Shown here: piece after piece, positions 50,473 to 61,483 of the stretch | How the letters are laid out: the number at the start of each line of letters is the position of its first letter | Position numbering within the stretch: position 1 is the first letter of the stretch | Source: a bacterium | GTDB lineage: Bacteria > UBA10199 > 2-02-FULL-50-16 > JAJFLM01 | Reading direction: 5' to 3' | Length of the DNA stretch: 64,000 nt | NCBI GenBank assembly: GCA_965216315.1 | Contig: CBDCFN010000016.1 | Location: 1,344,001-1,408,000, forward strand | Translations under genes and position numbers: made by a program | Notes under the pieces: generated by a model | What the model was told of the DNA's origin: nothing | What the model saw: only the letters and a program-made list of their open reading frames with translations | The model's database searches: none

Positions 50473-52266
50473 TTAATCAACTTTTAATACCGCCAGGAAA
50501 GCCTCTTGAGGAATCTCAACATTGCCCACCTGCTTCATGCGTTTCTTACCCGCCTTCTGCTTTTCCAGTAGTTTGCGCTTGCGTGTAATGTCGCCGCCGT
50601 AGCATTTAGCCGTCACATTTTTACGTAAGGCTTTGACGTTTTCGCGCGCGATGATGCGTCCGCCTATCGCCGCCTGCAGCGCCACATCATACATCTGCCG
50701 GGGAATGACCTTGCGCAACTGCTCGACCAATTGGCGACCCCGACTCTCGGCCTTCTCACGATGGATAATCACGCTCAAGGCGTCAACGGGGTCCCCGTTC
50801 ACCAAGATGTTGAGGCGAACCAAATTAGCGGGACGCCACTCGCTGAGCTCATATTCAAAACTCGCGTAACCCTGAGAGATGGATTTAAGTCGATCGTAAA
50901 AGTCGAACATAATTTCCGCAAAAGGCATGTCATAGTCGAGCAAAACGCGATTCTGGGACGGGTAATGCATCCCCGTTTGAACGCCGCGCTCTTCCACGCA
51001 AAGTTGAATCAAACCACCCACCATTTCCGCGGGTGTATGAATGTGTGCCTTTACAAAAGGCTCCTCCGTCCGCTGTATTTTTTGCGGATCCGGCCATTCC
51101 GCCGGGTTATCGATTTCCATCCAACTATCGTCCGTCAACTGAACCCGGTACTGGACAGTCGGCGCCGTCACGACCAAGTCCAATCCGTATTCCCGTTCGA
51201 GTCGTTCACGGATAATCTCCACATGCAAAAGGCCTAAGAAACCGCAGCGAAACCCAAAACCCAAGGCGTTAGATGTTTCGGGCTCATATACAAAAGAAGC
51301 ATCGTTGAGGCGGAGCTTTTCGAGAGCCGCTTTCAGCGATTCGTATTGTTCTGAATTCGTCGGATAGATCCCTGCAAAGACCATGGGTTGAACTTCGCGA
51401 AAACCTGGAAAGGCTTCTGCAGCGGGTCGTTCACTGTCCGTTACCGTGTCTCCCACGTGAATGGCACGAATATCTTTAATCGCCGCGGTTAAAAATCCGA
51501 CCTCCCCTGCCTTCAGCTCGGCTACTTCGGCAGGCCGGGGCTGGTGGATACCAAGGCTGAAAACATCATAGCTAACACCGGTTGCCATAAACTGAACATT
51601 CATTCCCTTCTTCAGGGTCCCATCCAGTACGCGCACCAACGCCACGGCGCCGAGATAATTATCAAACCAACTATCAAATATCAGCGCCCGCAAAGGCGCC
51701 TCATCATCCCCTTGCGGCGCCGGAATGCGGTTTACAATGGCCTCGAGCAACTCCTCAATTCCGGCGCCTGTCTTGGCACTTGTCAAAATGGCTTCATCCG
51801 CAGGGACACCCAAGACTTCTTCGATCTCGTGCCTGATTTCTTCGGGACGCGCGGAAGGAAGATCGATCTTATTAATGACCGGTATGATTTCAAGATCATT
51901 ATCGATGGCCAAGTAGGCGTTCGCGACCGTCTGTGCTTGAACCCCTTGCGCCGCATCAACAACCAGCAAAGCCCCTTCGCAGGCCCTGAGACTGCGTGAC
52001 ACTTCATAAGTAAAGTCGACATGGCCCGGTGTATCAATCAGGTTCATTGAATACACTTCGCCATCGTGCGCTTTAAAATTCATTCGAACGGCTTGTGCTT
52101 TGATGGTAATACCGCGTTCGCGTTCTAGCTCCATGGAATCAAGGATCTGATCCTTCATTTCCCGCGCTGTAATCGCACCGGTATGCTCGAGAATTCGATC
52201 GGCAAGTGTCGATTTGCCGTGATCGATATGGGCAATAATGCAGAAGTTTCGGGTCCGCTCTCTCAT
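50473..52266 (-). CDS. lepA: Elongation factor 4 (LepA)
   Basis: [41 protein letters not shown]. Confidence 0.98.
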   Translation of the reverse strand: MRERTRNFCIIAHIDHGKSTLADRILEHTGAITAREMKDQILDSMELERERGITIKAQAVRMNFKAHDGEVYSMNLIDTPGHVDFTYEVSRSLRACEGALLVVDAAQGVQAQTVANAYLAIDNDLEIIPVINKIDLPSARPEEIRHEIEEVLGVPADEAILTSAKTGAGIEELLEAIVNRIPAPQGDDEAPLRALIFDSWFDNYLGAVALVRVLDGTLKKGMNVQFMATGVSYDVFSLGIHQPRPAEVAELKAGEVGFLTAAIKDIRAIHVGDTVTDSERPAAEAFPGFREVQPMVFAGIYPTNSEQYESLKAALEKLRLNDASFVYEPETSNALGFGFRCGFLGLLHVEIIRERLEREYGLDLVVTAPTVQYRVQLTDDSWMEIDNPAEWPDPQKIQRTEEPFVKAHIHTPAEMVGGLIQLCVEERGVQTGMHYPSQNRVLLDYDMPFAEIMFDFYDRLKSISQGYASFEYELSEWRPANLVRLNILVNGDPVDALSVIIHREKAESRGRQLVEQLRKVIPRQMYDVALQAAIGGRIIARENVKALRKNVTAKCYGGDITRKRKLLEKQKAGKKRMKQVGNVEIPQEAFLAVLKVD

Positions 52267-52508
52267 CAACGACGCTTCAGATCTGCGGCTCGCTTGAGAC
52301 CCTCCGGCTCCTCGGACACCAATTGCAATTCATCACGATAGAGATCTAGTTGGCCAGGGAGGTAGCGGCGATTTTGGTCCAGGATGATATCAATCCCTTG
52401 GCGAATATACTCGGCCACGGGAACTTTCGTGCGCGCATGGAGCGCTTTTAATTCCAGCTCCTGCTGTGGTGTAATATAAACCGTTGTGGGAATTTTTCGC
52501 CGTGCCAT
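52266..52508 (-). CDS. Ribbon-helix-helix DNA-binding protein
   Basis: TTVYIT strand then ...[14 protein letters not shown] helices; coupled to lepA. Confidence 0.8.
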   Translation of the reverse strand: MARRKIPTTVYITPQQELELKALHARTKVPVAEYIRQGIDIILDQNRRYLPGQLDLYRDELQLVSEEPEGLKRAADLKRR

Positions 52509-52517
52509 TAGAAAACC

Positions 52518-53108
52518 TTATGTATTTGAGCGCACGATGATTGCCGCCACCTTTTCCCGTTGGGAAAGTTGATCGAGAAACTTTCGTGCCCCTTCTCTCG
52601 TCTTGAAACTGCCAATTCGCACACGATACCAGGTACCGCTATTAGCCACCTCACCAATCGATAAAAAGGCATCATATCCCTTTGCCTGCCATTGATTGAC
52701 CTTCGCCGCGGCACCACCTGCCTGGCGATACGATCCTACTTGGATAGAGTAGCCTCGCCGACTTCGAGCTTTTTCAGGTTTTGCCGGAATAGCGGGTTTT
52801 GCCTTCGCCAATTGTTCAATCGTTGGCGTTACAGGCTCCGGCAACGTCTCTTTGCGCGTCAACTCTTTTGGAAACGTGTACTTTATCTCTGCATTTGTCG
52901 GCGTTCGCTCTAATTTCAGTTCTTCTTCGGTCGATGCTAGCGGATTCTTATCAACCGGTGCCTCACCACCAATCATGGCCGGTCCGTAACGTGCCCCCAA
53001 GTAGAACACAAAAAAAAGCGCTACAACCTCCAGCAGTGCGAGGCTGATAAACTGCCCAAATGTAAATCGACAAAAATAATCTTCGTCTTCTTCATGAAAT
53101 TCGTTCAT
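52518..53108 (-). CDS. SPOR-domain membrane protein (FtsN/DedD-like)
   Basis: N-terminal TM; YSIQVGSY...WYRVRIGSF; downstream of argS. Confidence 0.88.
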   Translation of the reverse strand: MNEFHEEDEDYFCRFTFGQFISLALLEVVALFFVFYLGARYGPAMIGGEAPVDKNPLASTEEELKLERTPTNAEIKYTFPKELTRKETLPEPVTPTIEQLAKAKPAIPAKPEKARSRRGYSIQVGSYRQAGGAAAKVNQWQAKGYDAFLSIGEVANSGTWYRVRIGSFKTREGARKFLDQLSQREKVAAIIVRSNT

Positions 53109-54871
53109 GGGGACTCAACCTCATCCTCTGGTAGGGATCTCATCTCATCCGGAGCCGATAAATTCAAGAGCTGCAGGCCATCGGCCAGCACTGATTTGAT
53201 GACGCGCAGAAGATACAATTTTGCCCGAGAGCTGTCAATATCCTCTGATATTACGCGATATTGCGCGTCTTCCCGGGCCTTGGCATAATAATTGTGAAAG
53301 CGGCGGGCCAAATCGAGCAAATAAAAAGCGATATGATGCGGCTCAAGCGTTCGTGCCGCTTTCTCAATGATTTCAGGGTATTCAAAAAGAAACTGTATCG
53401 TCTTCAACTCTTCCGGCAAACTCAAGCGGTCGAGAGCCAGGTCCACTGCATCAAGGAGTTCAATCCCTTGTGACATCGCTTTACGCTCGATACTGCAGAT
53501 TCGAGCATGGGCATACTGGATATAATAGATAGGATTCTCCGCATTCTGCTGCTTCGCTAATTCCAGGTCAAAGTCCAAGTGGGCGGAAGGAGCTCGCTGC
53601 AGCAGAAAAAAGCGCATCGCATCCGGACCCACCTCGTCGAGAACTTCACGAGCCGTCACGTAGTTGCCGGCCCGCTTACTCATTTTTACAGTCTCCGTAC
53701 CGCGACATACCCGAACATACTGATAAAGGACAACATCTAACGAGTGAGGATCATAGCCGAGCGCCTCAAGAGCCGCCTTAACCCGTGGCACGTGACCATG
53801 GTGGTTGGCTCCCCAAACATTAATCACCCGATCGAACCCATCCTTATATCGATTCGCGTGACAAACGATATCATCGGCAAAATAAGTCGGTTCCCCATCA
53901 CTTCGTCTGAGGACCGAATCACGTTCGTCAATCGAAGGGGCTTGCGTCGCCCCCTCCTGAAGCACAGCTCCAGGAGCCTCCCCCTCTCGCTCGCGTAGCT
54001 CGCTAGGAACAAACCACAAAGCTCCATCCTCTTCCTTTGTTACCCCCCGTTCAATTAGTTTTTGCATCACCTCATCGACTTCGTTGCGAATGTCGTGTTC
54101 ATAGATCCAACGATCAAAACTTGAGCCCATAGAGGTACAATCGTTTTGGATTTGCTCAAGAAGTCGACGCACACCCCAGGTCGCCAACTGATCCACCGCC
54201 GCAACTTCATCTTCCTCCAAATAATTGCGTTCCGGGTGTCCGGCGGCTTCTCGAGCCAGCTCCTTAACATATTCCCCGAAGTACCCCCCCTCCGGAAGCT
54301 CACTGGCGATTCCAGCCGCCTCCTTCATCCAATGAAGTATCGACTGGCCTAAACGATCAACCTGCCCGCCAATATCGTTAACATAATACTCGGTCTGCAC
54401 TTCATAGCCGCATTGAGCTAAAATTCGGGCCAAACTATCCCCAATAGGCCCTCCACGCGCATTGCCGACATGAAGCGGGCCGGTCGGATTAGCACTGACG
54501 TACTCAATAAGAACCTTTATACCGTTGCCGATTTGATGCTTAGCAAAATGCGGGTCTTCCAGTTCCGGCAACGTATTCTGCCAGGCTCCTTCCGCGAGGC
54601 GTATATTGATGAAGCCCGGGCCGGCAATTTCAGTCTGAGCAATCACACCCGCCTCATCTTGCAATTCATTACATATCATCTCCGCAAGTTGTCGCGGTTT
54701 CATTTTATAACGATTCCCCAGTACCAAGGCGAGATTCGAAGCAAAATCACCATGTTCTTTCTGCTTCGGTCGTTCAACAGTTGCCTCAAAATCCTGCAAC
54801 TCTCCCCACCCCGCTTTGTGCGCCGCATGATGAACTGTATCCGTCAGAATTTTAGCTATTCTTTGCTTCAT
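53105..54871 (-). CDS. argS: Arginyl-tRNA synthetase
   Basis: GPGFIN, EYVSANPTGPLHVGN, KMSKRAG, YYIQYAHAR. Confidence 0.97.
   Translation of the reverse strand: MKQRIAKILTDTVHHAAHKAGWGELQDFEATVERPKQKEHGDFASNLALVLGNRYKMKPRQLAEMICNELQDEAGVIAQTEIAGPGFINIRLAEGAWQNTLPELEDPHFAKHQIGNGIKVLIEYVSANPTGPLHVGNARGGPIGDSLARILAQCGYEVQTEYYVNDIGGQVDRLGQSILHWMKEAAGIASELPEGGYFGEYVKELAREAAGHPERNYLEEDEVAAVDQLATWGVRRLLEQIQNDCTSMGSSFDRWIYEHDIRNEVDEVMQKLIERGVTKEEDGALWFVPSELREREGEAPGAVLQEGATQAPSIDERDSVLRRSDGEPTYFADDIVCHANRYKDGFDRVINVWGANHHGHVPRVKAALEALGYDPHSLDVVLYQYVRVCRGTETVKMSKRAGNYVTAREVLDEVGPDAMRFFLLQRAPSAHLDFDLELAKQQNAENPIYYIQYAHARICSIERKAMSQGIELLDAVDLALDRLSLPEELKTIQFLFEYPEIIEKAARTLEPHHIAFYLLDLARRFHNYYAKAREDAQYRVISEDIDSSRAKLYLLRVIKSVLADGLQLLNLSAPDEMRSLPEDEVESP
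53936..54004 (-). repeat. 69-bp palindromic element (family C) inserted in frame in argS
   Basis: Reverse complement agcgagctacgcgagcgagagggggaggctcctggagctgtgcttcaggagggggcgacgcaagcccct; encodes SELREREGEAPGAVLQEGATQAP. Confidence 0.9.
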
Positions 54872-54878
54872 TTATTTT

Positions 54879-56261
54879 TTACGGGTTTCGTTTACCGGCT
54901 TCAGGATGCCTCGCCTTAATGGCAGGCCACAGTTTTTCTGAACCGACTATCAAAACCGACAGTTTATCAGGATGGAAATCTTCGCGTAACACGCGATTGA
55001 CATCATCGACTTCGACCTTCGATATCTTCTCTGCAAAATGCTTTAAATAATTACGTTGATAGCCCCAAAATTCAAAACGAGCCCAATCTTGAGCAATCGA
55101 GTACTTGGATTCATACTCGAACAGAAGAGATCTGATAATGGCCTTTTTGGCGTTATCGACTTCGTCGGCAGTCACACCCTTCTCTTGCAGTTCCTTGAGA
55201 ATGCGCTGCATTGATTGAGCGACATCAGCTTCTTGGCTTGCTTCCGTTTGGGCGATCATTGAAAAAATACCGGGCACGCGCTTAAAGCCATACTGACTCC
55301 ACACACTATAGGCTTGGCCTTGATTTGACCGAATCTCCGAACCCAAGCGGCTCGTCATCGCCCCGCTTCCCCCCAAGATAAAGTTCGCAACGAGCAAGGT
55401 AAACTTGTCCGGATCTGTCCGCTTCTTGCCTAGGTGTCCCAGGCGCAAAGCCACTTGAGAAGCTGTTTTCGGAATAAAAAGCGTCTGTACGGGTTCGGGG
55501 ACAATCTCTGGCCACTCAAGCCTACCGGGGGCCGTTTTTTTCCATTGCCCCAAACTCGCTTCAAGCTCTTGTAATATCGCGTCTGTCTTGAAATCACCGG
55601 CTACCGCCAAAATCATTCGCGCCGGAAAATACTGTTGCTCATAAAACTGTTTTACTTGCTCGATTTTTAGAGCCGCAATTCCTTCCTTAGTCGGCACGGC
55701 CGCCCAGGGCGATTCTTTCCCGTAGATGAGCCCAGGAAAATAAAGTGCCGCAATACCGGAGGGTTTTTCCTTCGAACGCCGCAACGCCACTTGTGCCTGT
55801 CTGCGGGCCACTTCAAAAGCGGAAGTATCAAAGCGTGGTTCACGCAATAAAGCTGACATGAGATTGAGCATCTCCCGCCGATCTTCAGCGAGAACACGCA
55901 AACTAGCGCTGGCAGACGCTCTGGAGGCGCCAAACTCAATCTTCGCCGTCGCCGCACTAATAAGTTGATCGACTTGTGCTGGATTGTGCCCGCGTGTTCC
56001 TCCCGTCCTCAATAACTCGGCCGTTATACCCGCAACTCCCCGCTCTCCCGGCTTTTCAAAAACTGAGCCGGGCGGATGAATCATCGAGAGGCGGAACGTT
56101 GGCAGGCTATGATCTTCAAGCACAAACACCCTCATACCATTACTCAACGTATGAAAACTGGGTTGAACATGCGTAAAGCTCGGGAGATCATTCGAGCTAC
56201 ATCCAGGCAATGAGCTCATCAAGAAACACAATAACAATGCAAGAATCGTACTACGGCTCAC
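54879..56261 (-). CDS. M16B peptidase non-catalytic subunit, lipoprotein
   Basis: Lipobox LPGC; LSNGMRV; SRL..EIR...GQAYSV; no HxxEH. Confidence 0.85.
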   Translation of the reverse strand: MSRSTILALLLCFLMSSLPGCSSNDLPSFTHVQPSFHTLSNGMRVFVLEDHSLPTFRLSMIHPPGSVFEKPGERGVAGITAELLRTGGTRGHNPAQVDQLISAATAKIEFGASRASASASLRVLAEDRREMLNLMSALLREPRFDTSAFEVARRQAQVALRRSKEKPSGIAALYFPGLIYGKESPWAAVPTKEGIAALKIEQVKQFYEQQYFPARMILAVAGDFKTDAILQELEASLGQWKKTAPGRLEWPEIVPEPVQTLFIPKTASQVALRLGHLGKKRTDPDKFTLLVANFILGGSGAMTSRLGSEIRSNQGQAYSVWSQYGFKRVPGIFSMIAQTEASQEADVAQSMQRILKELQEKGVTADEVDNAKKAIIRSLLFEYESKYSIAQDWARFEFWGYQRNYLKHFAEKISKVEVDDVNRVLREDFHPDKLSVLIVGSEKLWPAIKARHPEAGKRNP

Positions 56262-57771
56262 CGTCTACTCCTCCATGCAAAAAACCATAACAACGATTAC
56301 CCTCAGTAAAATATTTTTTTGCAACCCTTTGAATGTGTTCCGGTCCGATCGACTTCAAGTGATCACGATAGCGGACGAGATAACGCCAATCTCCTGTCAA
56401 GGCCTGAAAATAAGAGAGCTCGGACGCCAACGAATTATTCGTTTCGAGGCGCCAAACTTGATCATTAAGTAGCCGCTTTTGAGTGCGTTTCAATTCTTTT
56501 TCAGTGACCGGCTCCGTCTTGAGCTTGGCAAGTTCCACGCGAATCTCCTCTGCCAACCGATCCAAAGGAACGCCCGGACGTGGCACCGCGAAAATCATGA
56601 AAAGATTCGGTAGCCGTGAACCCGGAACTCCGGCATAGGCCGACACAGAAGTCGCCAACTTTTTCTCAATGACAAGTGCGCGATACAGGCGTGCGGCCCG
56701 ATCTTCAGTTAATAAGCTCGAAATAACATCAAAAATATAATCATCTTCCGCCGGCATCTGTGGTTTATGAAAAGCGACGGCAAAACGGGGTTGAGCCGGA
56801 CGGGTGATATCAACGCGACACCCGGCATTATTATAAGGTGGCGGCTGCGGTGACGGAAGAGCTGGAAGCTTTGGCGCCGATTCCGGCAGGCTCACCTGCC
56901 CAAAGGTGCGCTCCAATAACTTTTTGACTTTCTTAACGTCAAATTGTCCGACTATCGTCCCGGTCGCACGATCCGGACGGTAATATTTGCTAAAAAATTC
57001 CTCAGCATAGGTTCGTGTCAGCGTCAGCAGATCTTGATGATACCCTATCGTCGGCCGCCCATAACGACTGTCCGGAAAGGCCTCCGCAAGAATGGAGGTA
57101 TAGAAATTACCCGAGGGATCATCAACAACTCGCATACGCCTCTCTTCCAACACAACATCCCGTTCTCGATAGAACTCCCGAAAAACAGGTTGAAAGATGC
57201 GTTCCGCCTCCGTCTCAGCCCAAAACTCCAGCTCGGAGCTTGGCAAACTGACAAAATAACTCGTGAGATCCTGACTTGTCGTCGCATTTAGATTTAAGCC
57301 ACCTCGTTTTTGATATTCACGGGTGAGTTGCTCACGAATGGTCCACTGTTTGTGCTCATTATAGAGCTTATCGAGTTGCCCTTTGAGTTCAGCCAAAGTC
57401 TTCGGGTCGGCTTGTTGACCTTTAGCATACTCAGCGGAAATCTTTTGCCCAACGGTCTCAATCCGTGCGAGCACCTTCTTTTCTTCGTCCCAATTTTGGC
57501 TGCCCCACTTCTTCGTTCCTTTAAAGGCCATATGCTCAATCACATGGGCAACGCCCGTCTTGCCTTGGCTTTCATCTACCCCCCCGACAAGAACACGTAT
57601 ATAAGCACTGAAAATCGGAGTCTCACCATGAGGCACGAGCAAAAATGTCATCCCATTTTTCAAACGGAAGGTTTCGACCGTATCTTCGGAGAGAAATGTA
57701 TTCGCTCCCACGTCAAGCGGCAATAAGACGACAATCAATAAAACCGCTATTTTTTTCAATAAACGGATCAT
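56251..57771 (-). CDS. M16B zinc peptidase catalytic subunit
   Basis: GVAHVIEHMAFKGT (HxxEH), NATT, ERDVVLEERR; signal peptide. Confidence 0.9.
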   Translation of the reverse strand: MIRLLKKIAVLLIVVLLPLDVGANTFLSEDTVETFRLKNGMTFLLVPHGETPIFSAYIRVLVGGVDESQGKTGVAHVIEHMAFKGTKKWGSQNWDEEKKVLARIETVGQKISAEYAKGQQADPKTLAELKGQLDKLYNEHKQWTIREQLTREYQKRGGLNLNATTSQDLTSYFVSLPSSELEFWAETEAERIFQPVFREFYRERDVVLEERRMRVVDDPSGNFYTSILAEAFPDSRYGRPTIGYHQDLLTLTRTYAEEFFSKYYRPDRATGTIVGQFDVKKVKKLLERTFGQVSLPESAPKLPALPSPQPPPYNNAGCRVDITRPAQPRFAVAFHKPQMPAEDDYIFDVISSLLTEDRAARLYRALVIEKKLATSVSAYAGVPGSRLPNLFMIFAVPRPGVPLDRLAEEIRVELAKLKTEPVTEKELKRTQKRLLNDQVWRLETNNSLASELSYFQALTGDWRYLVRYRDHLKSIGPEHIQRVAKKYFTEGNRCYGFLHGGVDGEP

Positions 57772-57788
57772 TAAGCCAACATCCTCGA

Positions 57789-59390
57789 TTAGCGACATGA
57801 CATCCCCTTATTGGGGCCAAAACGAGCTATGCAGGTGACACTCTTTCCGGGCCGAATGTCAACTGTTCGCTGCAGTTGATCCCCGGTTGGAGGATACTTA
57901 ACCGTAATTCGCTGTCTCCCAACAGCAAGTTTCAACCCTGTCAACGGAGTCTCACGGCGCCCGCTACTCCCGGCATAGACATAGCCCCACGGAACCGCCT
58001 GAACGCTCAGTCGACCGTATGATAACGCCTCCGATTCACTCTTAACGGGCTTAGGTGTTACCAAGGGTTCCGGTCGCGCTGAAATCGCTTGATCACCCTT
58101 CACCTCTGGCTCTCCCACAGTAGGAAGAGTTTCTTCCACTTCCGGCGGAGTCCGTCGAGGCGGGGACTCTGCTTTTGGCAACAAACCCTGTTTGGATGGC
58201 GTATCCGCCGATGGCCACAACGCAACCAGGGAGAGCACCACAACAACGAGTAGAGCCGAAATCAACAAAGCCGGCCACTGCCGTTTGACGCGCGCACGCC
58301 AAGGGGAAGGATGATCTTGTTTCCAATCCCCAACGATAACGCGGGTCGAATCTTTTCGCGGCAAAACCGGGGGAACCGTCCGGGTTTCTTGTTCACTGAC
58401 TGGCGACTCAAATTTTTTGACCTGTTTGGCGAGGCGAGCGCGGTTTGATTTGCGGGCCTGAATGCGCTCTTGAAGCGCGTCGCTAAGAAAACCGGCCAGC
58501 TCCTGACGATCACAACTCAGTTGAAGCAACTGAATCAATTCTCTAAGCCTATCCCGCACTTCCGCTGCCGAGGAAGGCCGCTCCGCCGGCACCTGAGCTA
58601 ACAAGCTGACAATGAGTTTCCGCACCTCTTCCGGAAGCGCCAACAACGCGGACTGATCCTCAGGCAGCTTCGCCTCCCGCACCTTATCAAGGATGCCCAC
58701 ATCACTGTCGGCGGCAAAGAGACGCTGGCCGGTTGCAAGCTCATAAAAAACAATTCCCAGCGAAAAAAGGTCACTCCTTTGGTCTAAGCTCAACTGATTC
58801 GCCTGCTCCGGAGACATGTAGGAAAACTTTCCCTTGAAGGTCCCGGTCACCGTTTCTTGCTGACGGTCGGCCGCCTTGGCAATTCCAAAGTCGGTCACTT
58901 TGACCTGCCCTTCGTAAGAGACCAGTATGTTTTGAGGGCTTATATCCCGATGAATAATGTCGATAGAACGGCCGCTCTCATCCGTCAGCTCGTGCGCATA
59001 CGCCAAAGCCTGGGCAACCTCCTGCATGACGAATAAGACCAACGGCAGGGGCAATGGGGTCCCGGATAATCGGCAGGCCTTCTGCAACTCGCGCAGGTCG
59101 ACCCCTTCAACCAACTCCATCGCAATATAATAATGAGAGTTTTCGTTCCCGAGCTCGTACACCTGGACGATGTTGGGATGATTAAGGCGAACCGCTATCT
59201 TGGCCTCATCAATCAACATCGCCACGAAATTCGTCTTTTCCGACCAATGGGGCAGGATCTGCTTAATCGCCAGCGGTTTCTCAAAACCCTCCACCCCAAT
59301 AAGACGTGCCTCATAGATCTCGGCCATTCCGCCCGTAGCCAGCTTTTCGACCAATAAATAGCGCCCAAAACGGCGCGGGAGTGTCATCAC
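57789..59390 (-). CDS. Membrane Hanks-type Ser/Thr protein kinase with PEGA-like C-terminus
   Basis: GGMAEIY, AIK, IHRDISPQN, TDFGIAK, GKFSYMSPEQ, TM helix, AVPWGYV; start GTG 59390 or ATG 59387. Confidence 0.92.
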   Translation of the reverse strand: MMTLPRRFGRYLLVEKLATGGMAEIYEARLIGVEGFEKPLAIKQILPHWSEKTNFVAMLIDEAKIAVRLNHPNIVQVYELGNENSHYYIAMELVEGVDLRELQKACRLSGTPLPLPLVLFVMQEVAQALAYAHELTDESGRSIDIIHRDISPQNILVSYEGQVKVTDFGIAKAADRQQETVTGTFKGKFSYMSPEQANQLSLDQRSDLFSLGIVFYELATGQRLFAADSDVGILDKVREAKLPEDQSALLALPEEVRKLIVSLLAQVPAERPSSAAEVRDRLRELIQLLQLSCDRQELAGFLSDALQERIQARKSNRARLAKQVKKFESPVSEQETRTVPPVLPRKDSTRVIVGDWKQDHPSPWRARVKRQWPALLISALLVVVVLSLVALWPSADTPSKQGLLPKAESPPRRTPPEVEETLPTVGEPEVKGDQAISARPEPLVTPKPVKSESEALSYGRLSVQAVPWGYVYAGSSGRRETPLTGLKLAVGRQRITVKYPPTGDQLQRTVDIRPGKSVTCIARFGPNKGMSCR

Positions 59391-59526
59391 CAACGTACGC
59401 TAACAGAGGCCTATGGTCATTTCAAGAACGCGACATCGACTGGCACCTCACCTCACTTTTTGATAGAATTTTCTTAACGCAGCGTAGAATGAGACGTTTT
59501 TGCTTAGAAATAATCCATAGATTTAG

Positions 59527-59955
59527 ATGACTTATCTGCGATTTCTTAGCTTTTTACTCGTTTTTTTAGGGGCCGCGTCCCTGGCCTCCGCGCAAGACTC
59601 CAGCCTCTGCCAGCGGGGATTTAGTTATTTTTCCGGCAAACAAGCCCTCTGCTCGAAGGCTATCCGGAAGACGGTCCCCGATGGGCCCCGCAATAAAGTC
59701 GATCTTGTCTGGGCCTGCCATAACCGCAATCCGGACAACCCCCCCGATCAAAGCGGCTGTGGAGCGGGTGGCCTGAAGATGCCTGGCGACATCCTTATAA
59801 GAGAGGGCGAGATCTTCCTTAATGACGAGGACACCAAAGTCGGTTCCAATGGGGCCCGCCTGCCCGATGGCCCCTACCATTGCTGTTTCACCCGAACGCC
59901 GCCTCCTAACGACCTCTTCCGCTCAAGCGCCATCGAACCCATAGTTATCGACTGA
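59527..59955 (+). CDS. Secreted Cys-containing hypothetical protein
   Basis: Signal peptide ending ASA-QD; six Cys. Confidence 0.7.
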   Translation: MTYLRFLSFLLVFLGAASLASAQDSSLCQRGFSYFSGKQALCSKAIRKTVPDGPRNKVDLVWACHNRNPDNPPDQSGCGAGGLKMPGDILIREGEIFLNDEDTKVGSNGARLPDGPYHCCFTRTPPPNDLFRSSAIEPIVID

Positions 59956-59997
59956 AGCCACTCTTATCCCCATTCTTTCCCTAAATTAAGTTTAATC

Positions 59998-60026
59998 TTG
60001 ACACAAAACATATAAAAGAATATAAA
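59998..60026 (+). promoter_or_regulatory. Sigma70-type promoter in an AT-rich spacer
   Basis: TTGACA-17bp-TATAAA. Confidence 0.65.
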
Positions 60027-60144
60027 TTATGTATAATTTAAGAGAATCAACAATATATTCATGTTAACTATACTATTATTCAACTTTATTGCGACTAGAT
60101 TGATTTTCTTTAGATAGTAATTCTGAGCCAAGGGGGAGGGTCTC

Positions 60145-60345
60145 ATGGGTTACCGGGATGTCTATTTGCGAGAGTTGTGTCTCGAGCTTGTCCAAGGAGA
60201 TGTGAGCGGAGAGCGTTTTAATGATCTGCTCGTCAAGACGGGAATTTTCCTAGACGAGAGTGAGTGGTCGATGACAAATCGACTCCTTGAGAAATGTGAG
60301 CAGACCGACCATTTGATGGAGCTCTCAACAGCTTCCATACACTGA
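60145..60345 (+). CDS. Small acidic hypothetical protein (66 aa)
   Basis: GGAGG RBS and upstream promoter. Confidence 0.6.
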   Translation: MGYRDVYLRELCLELVQGDVSGERFNDLLVKTGIFLDESEWSMTNRLLEKCEQTDHLMELSTASIH

Positions 60346-60511
60346 TGCTTTTTACGGTCTTTCAATTCGTGGTCTCGGCAATACGTGTGCCCGGGTTTGC
60401 GCACGCCCTGCTCCGCCTTTCAGTCGATCCGCTAAGACTTCGATCATTTTGATAAACTTTTTTCGTCCACTTTTGTCTTTAATTTAGCTATAGTAGACTC
60501 GTATTGATGAT

Positions 60512-61432
60512 ATGAGGCTGTTTTCTTTCGCAATTTTGACCTTAACGCTCTTTTGGCTGCTTCCGACTTCCACCCAGGCCAGCAACAGTTTTTATGCCCG
60601 CATCAATGCCCTCAACGCGGCCGACTATTATCTGATCCCTCTCCGACAACCCCTCGATTCCCTATTTTCTGCAGCAGAAACCTCGTTAACTGAAAATCAC
60701 GCCGAAAAGGAAGTCCGTTTTGTCGTCAATCTGCCACCGCGTCAGCTGACGATATTTGAAGACCAGTCACCGACCCGCAAGTACCCGGTCACCATCGGAC
60801 GAACCCGCTATAAAACCCCCATCGGTCCCCGGAGTCTGTCTAAACTTATTTGGAATCCCTGGTGGTACCCGCCTGACTCGGAATGGGCCAAGGATGCCAA
60901 TGACACCCCTCCCGGTCCACGCAACCCTTTAGGCAAGGTTAAGATCCCGCTCGGGGGACCCATCCTCCTCCATGGAACCAGTAAGCCTTGGAGCATTGGC
61001 CGCGCCGCCTCTCATGCCTGTATGCGCATGCACAACCGTGATATTATCGAAATTGCCACGTGGCTCCAATCCGAATTCTCAAATCATGCGGAAGATCCAT
61101 TGGCACTCAAGCATCGCGAATCCTGGTTTTACCGGAGTTACGAGGTACCACTGAATCGAACGATCCCGTTGGAAATTGTCTACCAGACGGTTGAGGTCGA
61201 TGGTGACGATATTGTGTTATATCCCGACGTCTATAAACGACTCCATGATTACTCCGATGATCTAATCGTCGCGCTCGCGACCATCGGCATCCCCGCCGAA
61301 GACATTGACTTTGATCGCCTCCCCAAAGTCCTTCCAATTAAGGAATCTATCCGCATCCCCATTTTAAATATTCTTCAGCATACGAAACTCTTGGGAAAAT
61401 GCGAAAAAGTCGATAAAAATCGCCCCTGTTAA
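60512..61432 (+). CDS. L,D-transpeptidase (YkuD family)
   Basis: YPVTIG, TPIG, NPWWYPP, PGPRNPLG, HGT...IGRAASHACMRM; signal peptide. Confidence 0.92.
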   Translation: MRLFSFAILTLTLFWLLPTSTQASNSFYARINALNAADYYLIPLRQPLDSLFSAAETSLTENHAEKEVRFVVNLPPRQLTIFEDQSPTRKYPVTIGRTRYKTPIGPRSLSKLIWNPWWYPPDSEWAKDANDTPPGPRNPLGKVKIPLGGPILLHGTSKPWSIGRAASHACMRMHNRDIIEIATWLQSEFSNHAEDPLALKHRESWFYRSYEVPLNRTIPLEIVYQTVEVDGDDIVLYPDVYKRLHDYSDDLIVALATIGIPAEDIDFDRLPKVLPIKESIRIPILNILQHTKLLGKCEKVDKNRPC

Positions 61433-61483
61433 GCTTTTCTAAATATTTGACAATAACGCGGTCTAACAGGCACAGTCCCGCGC

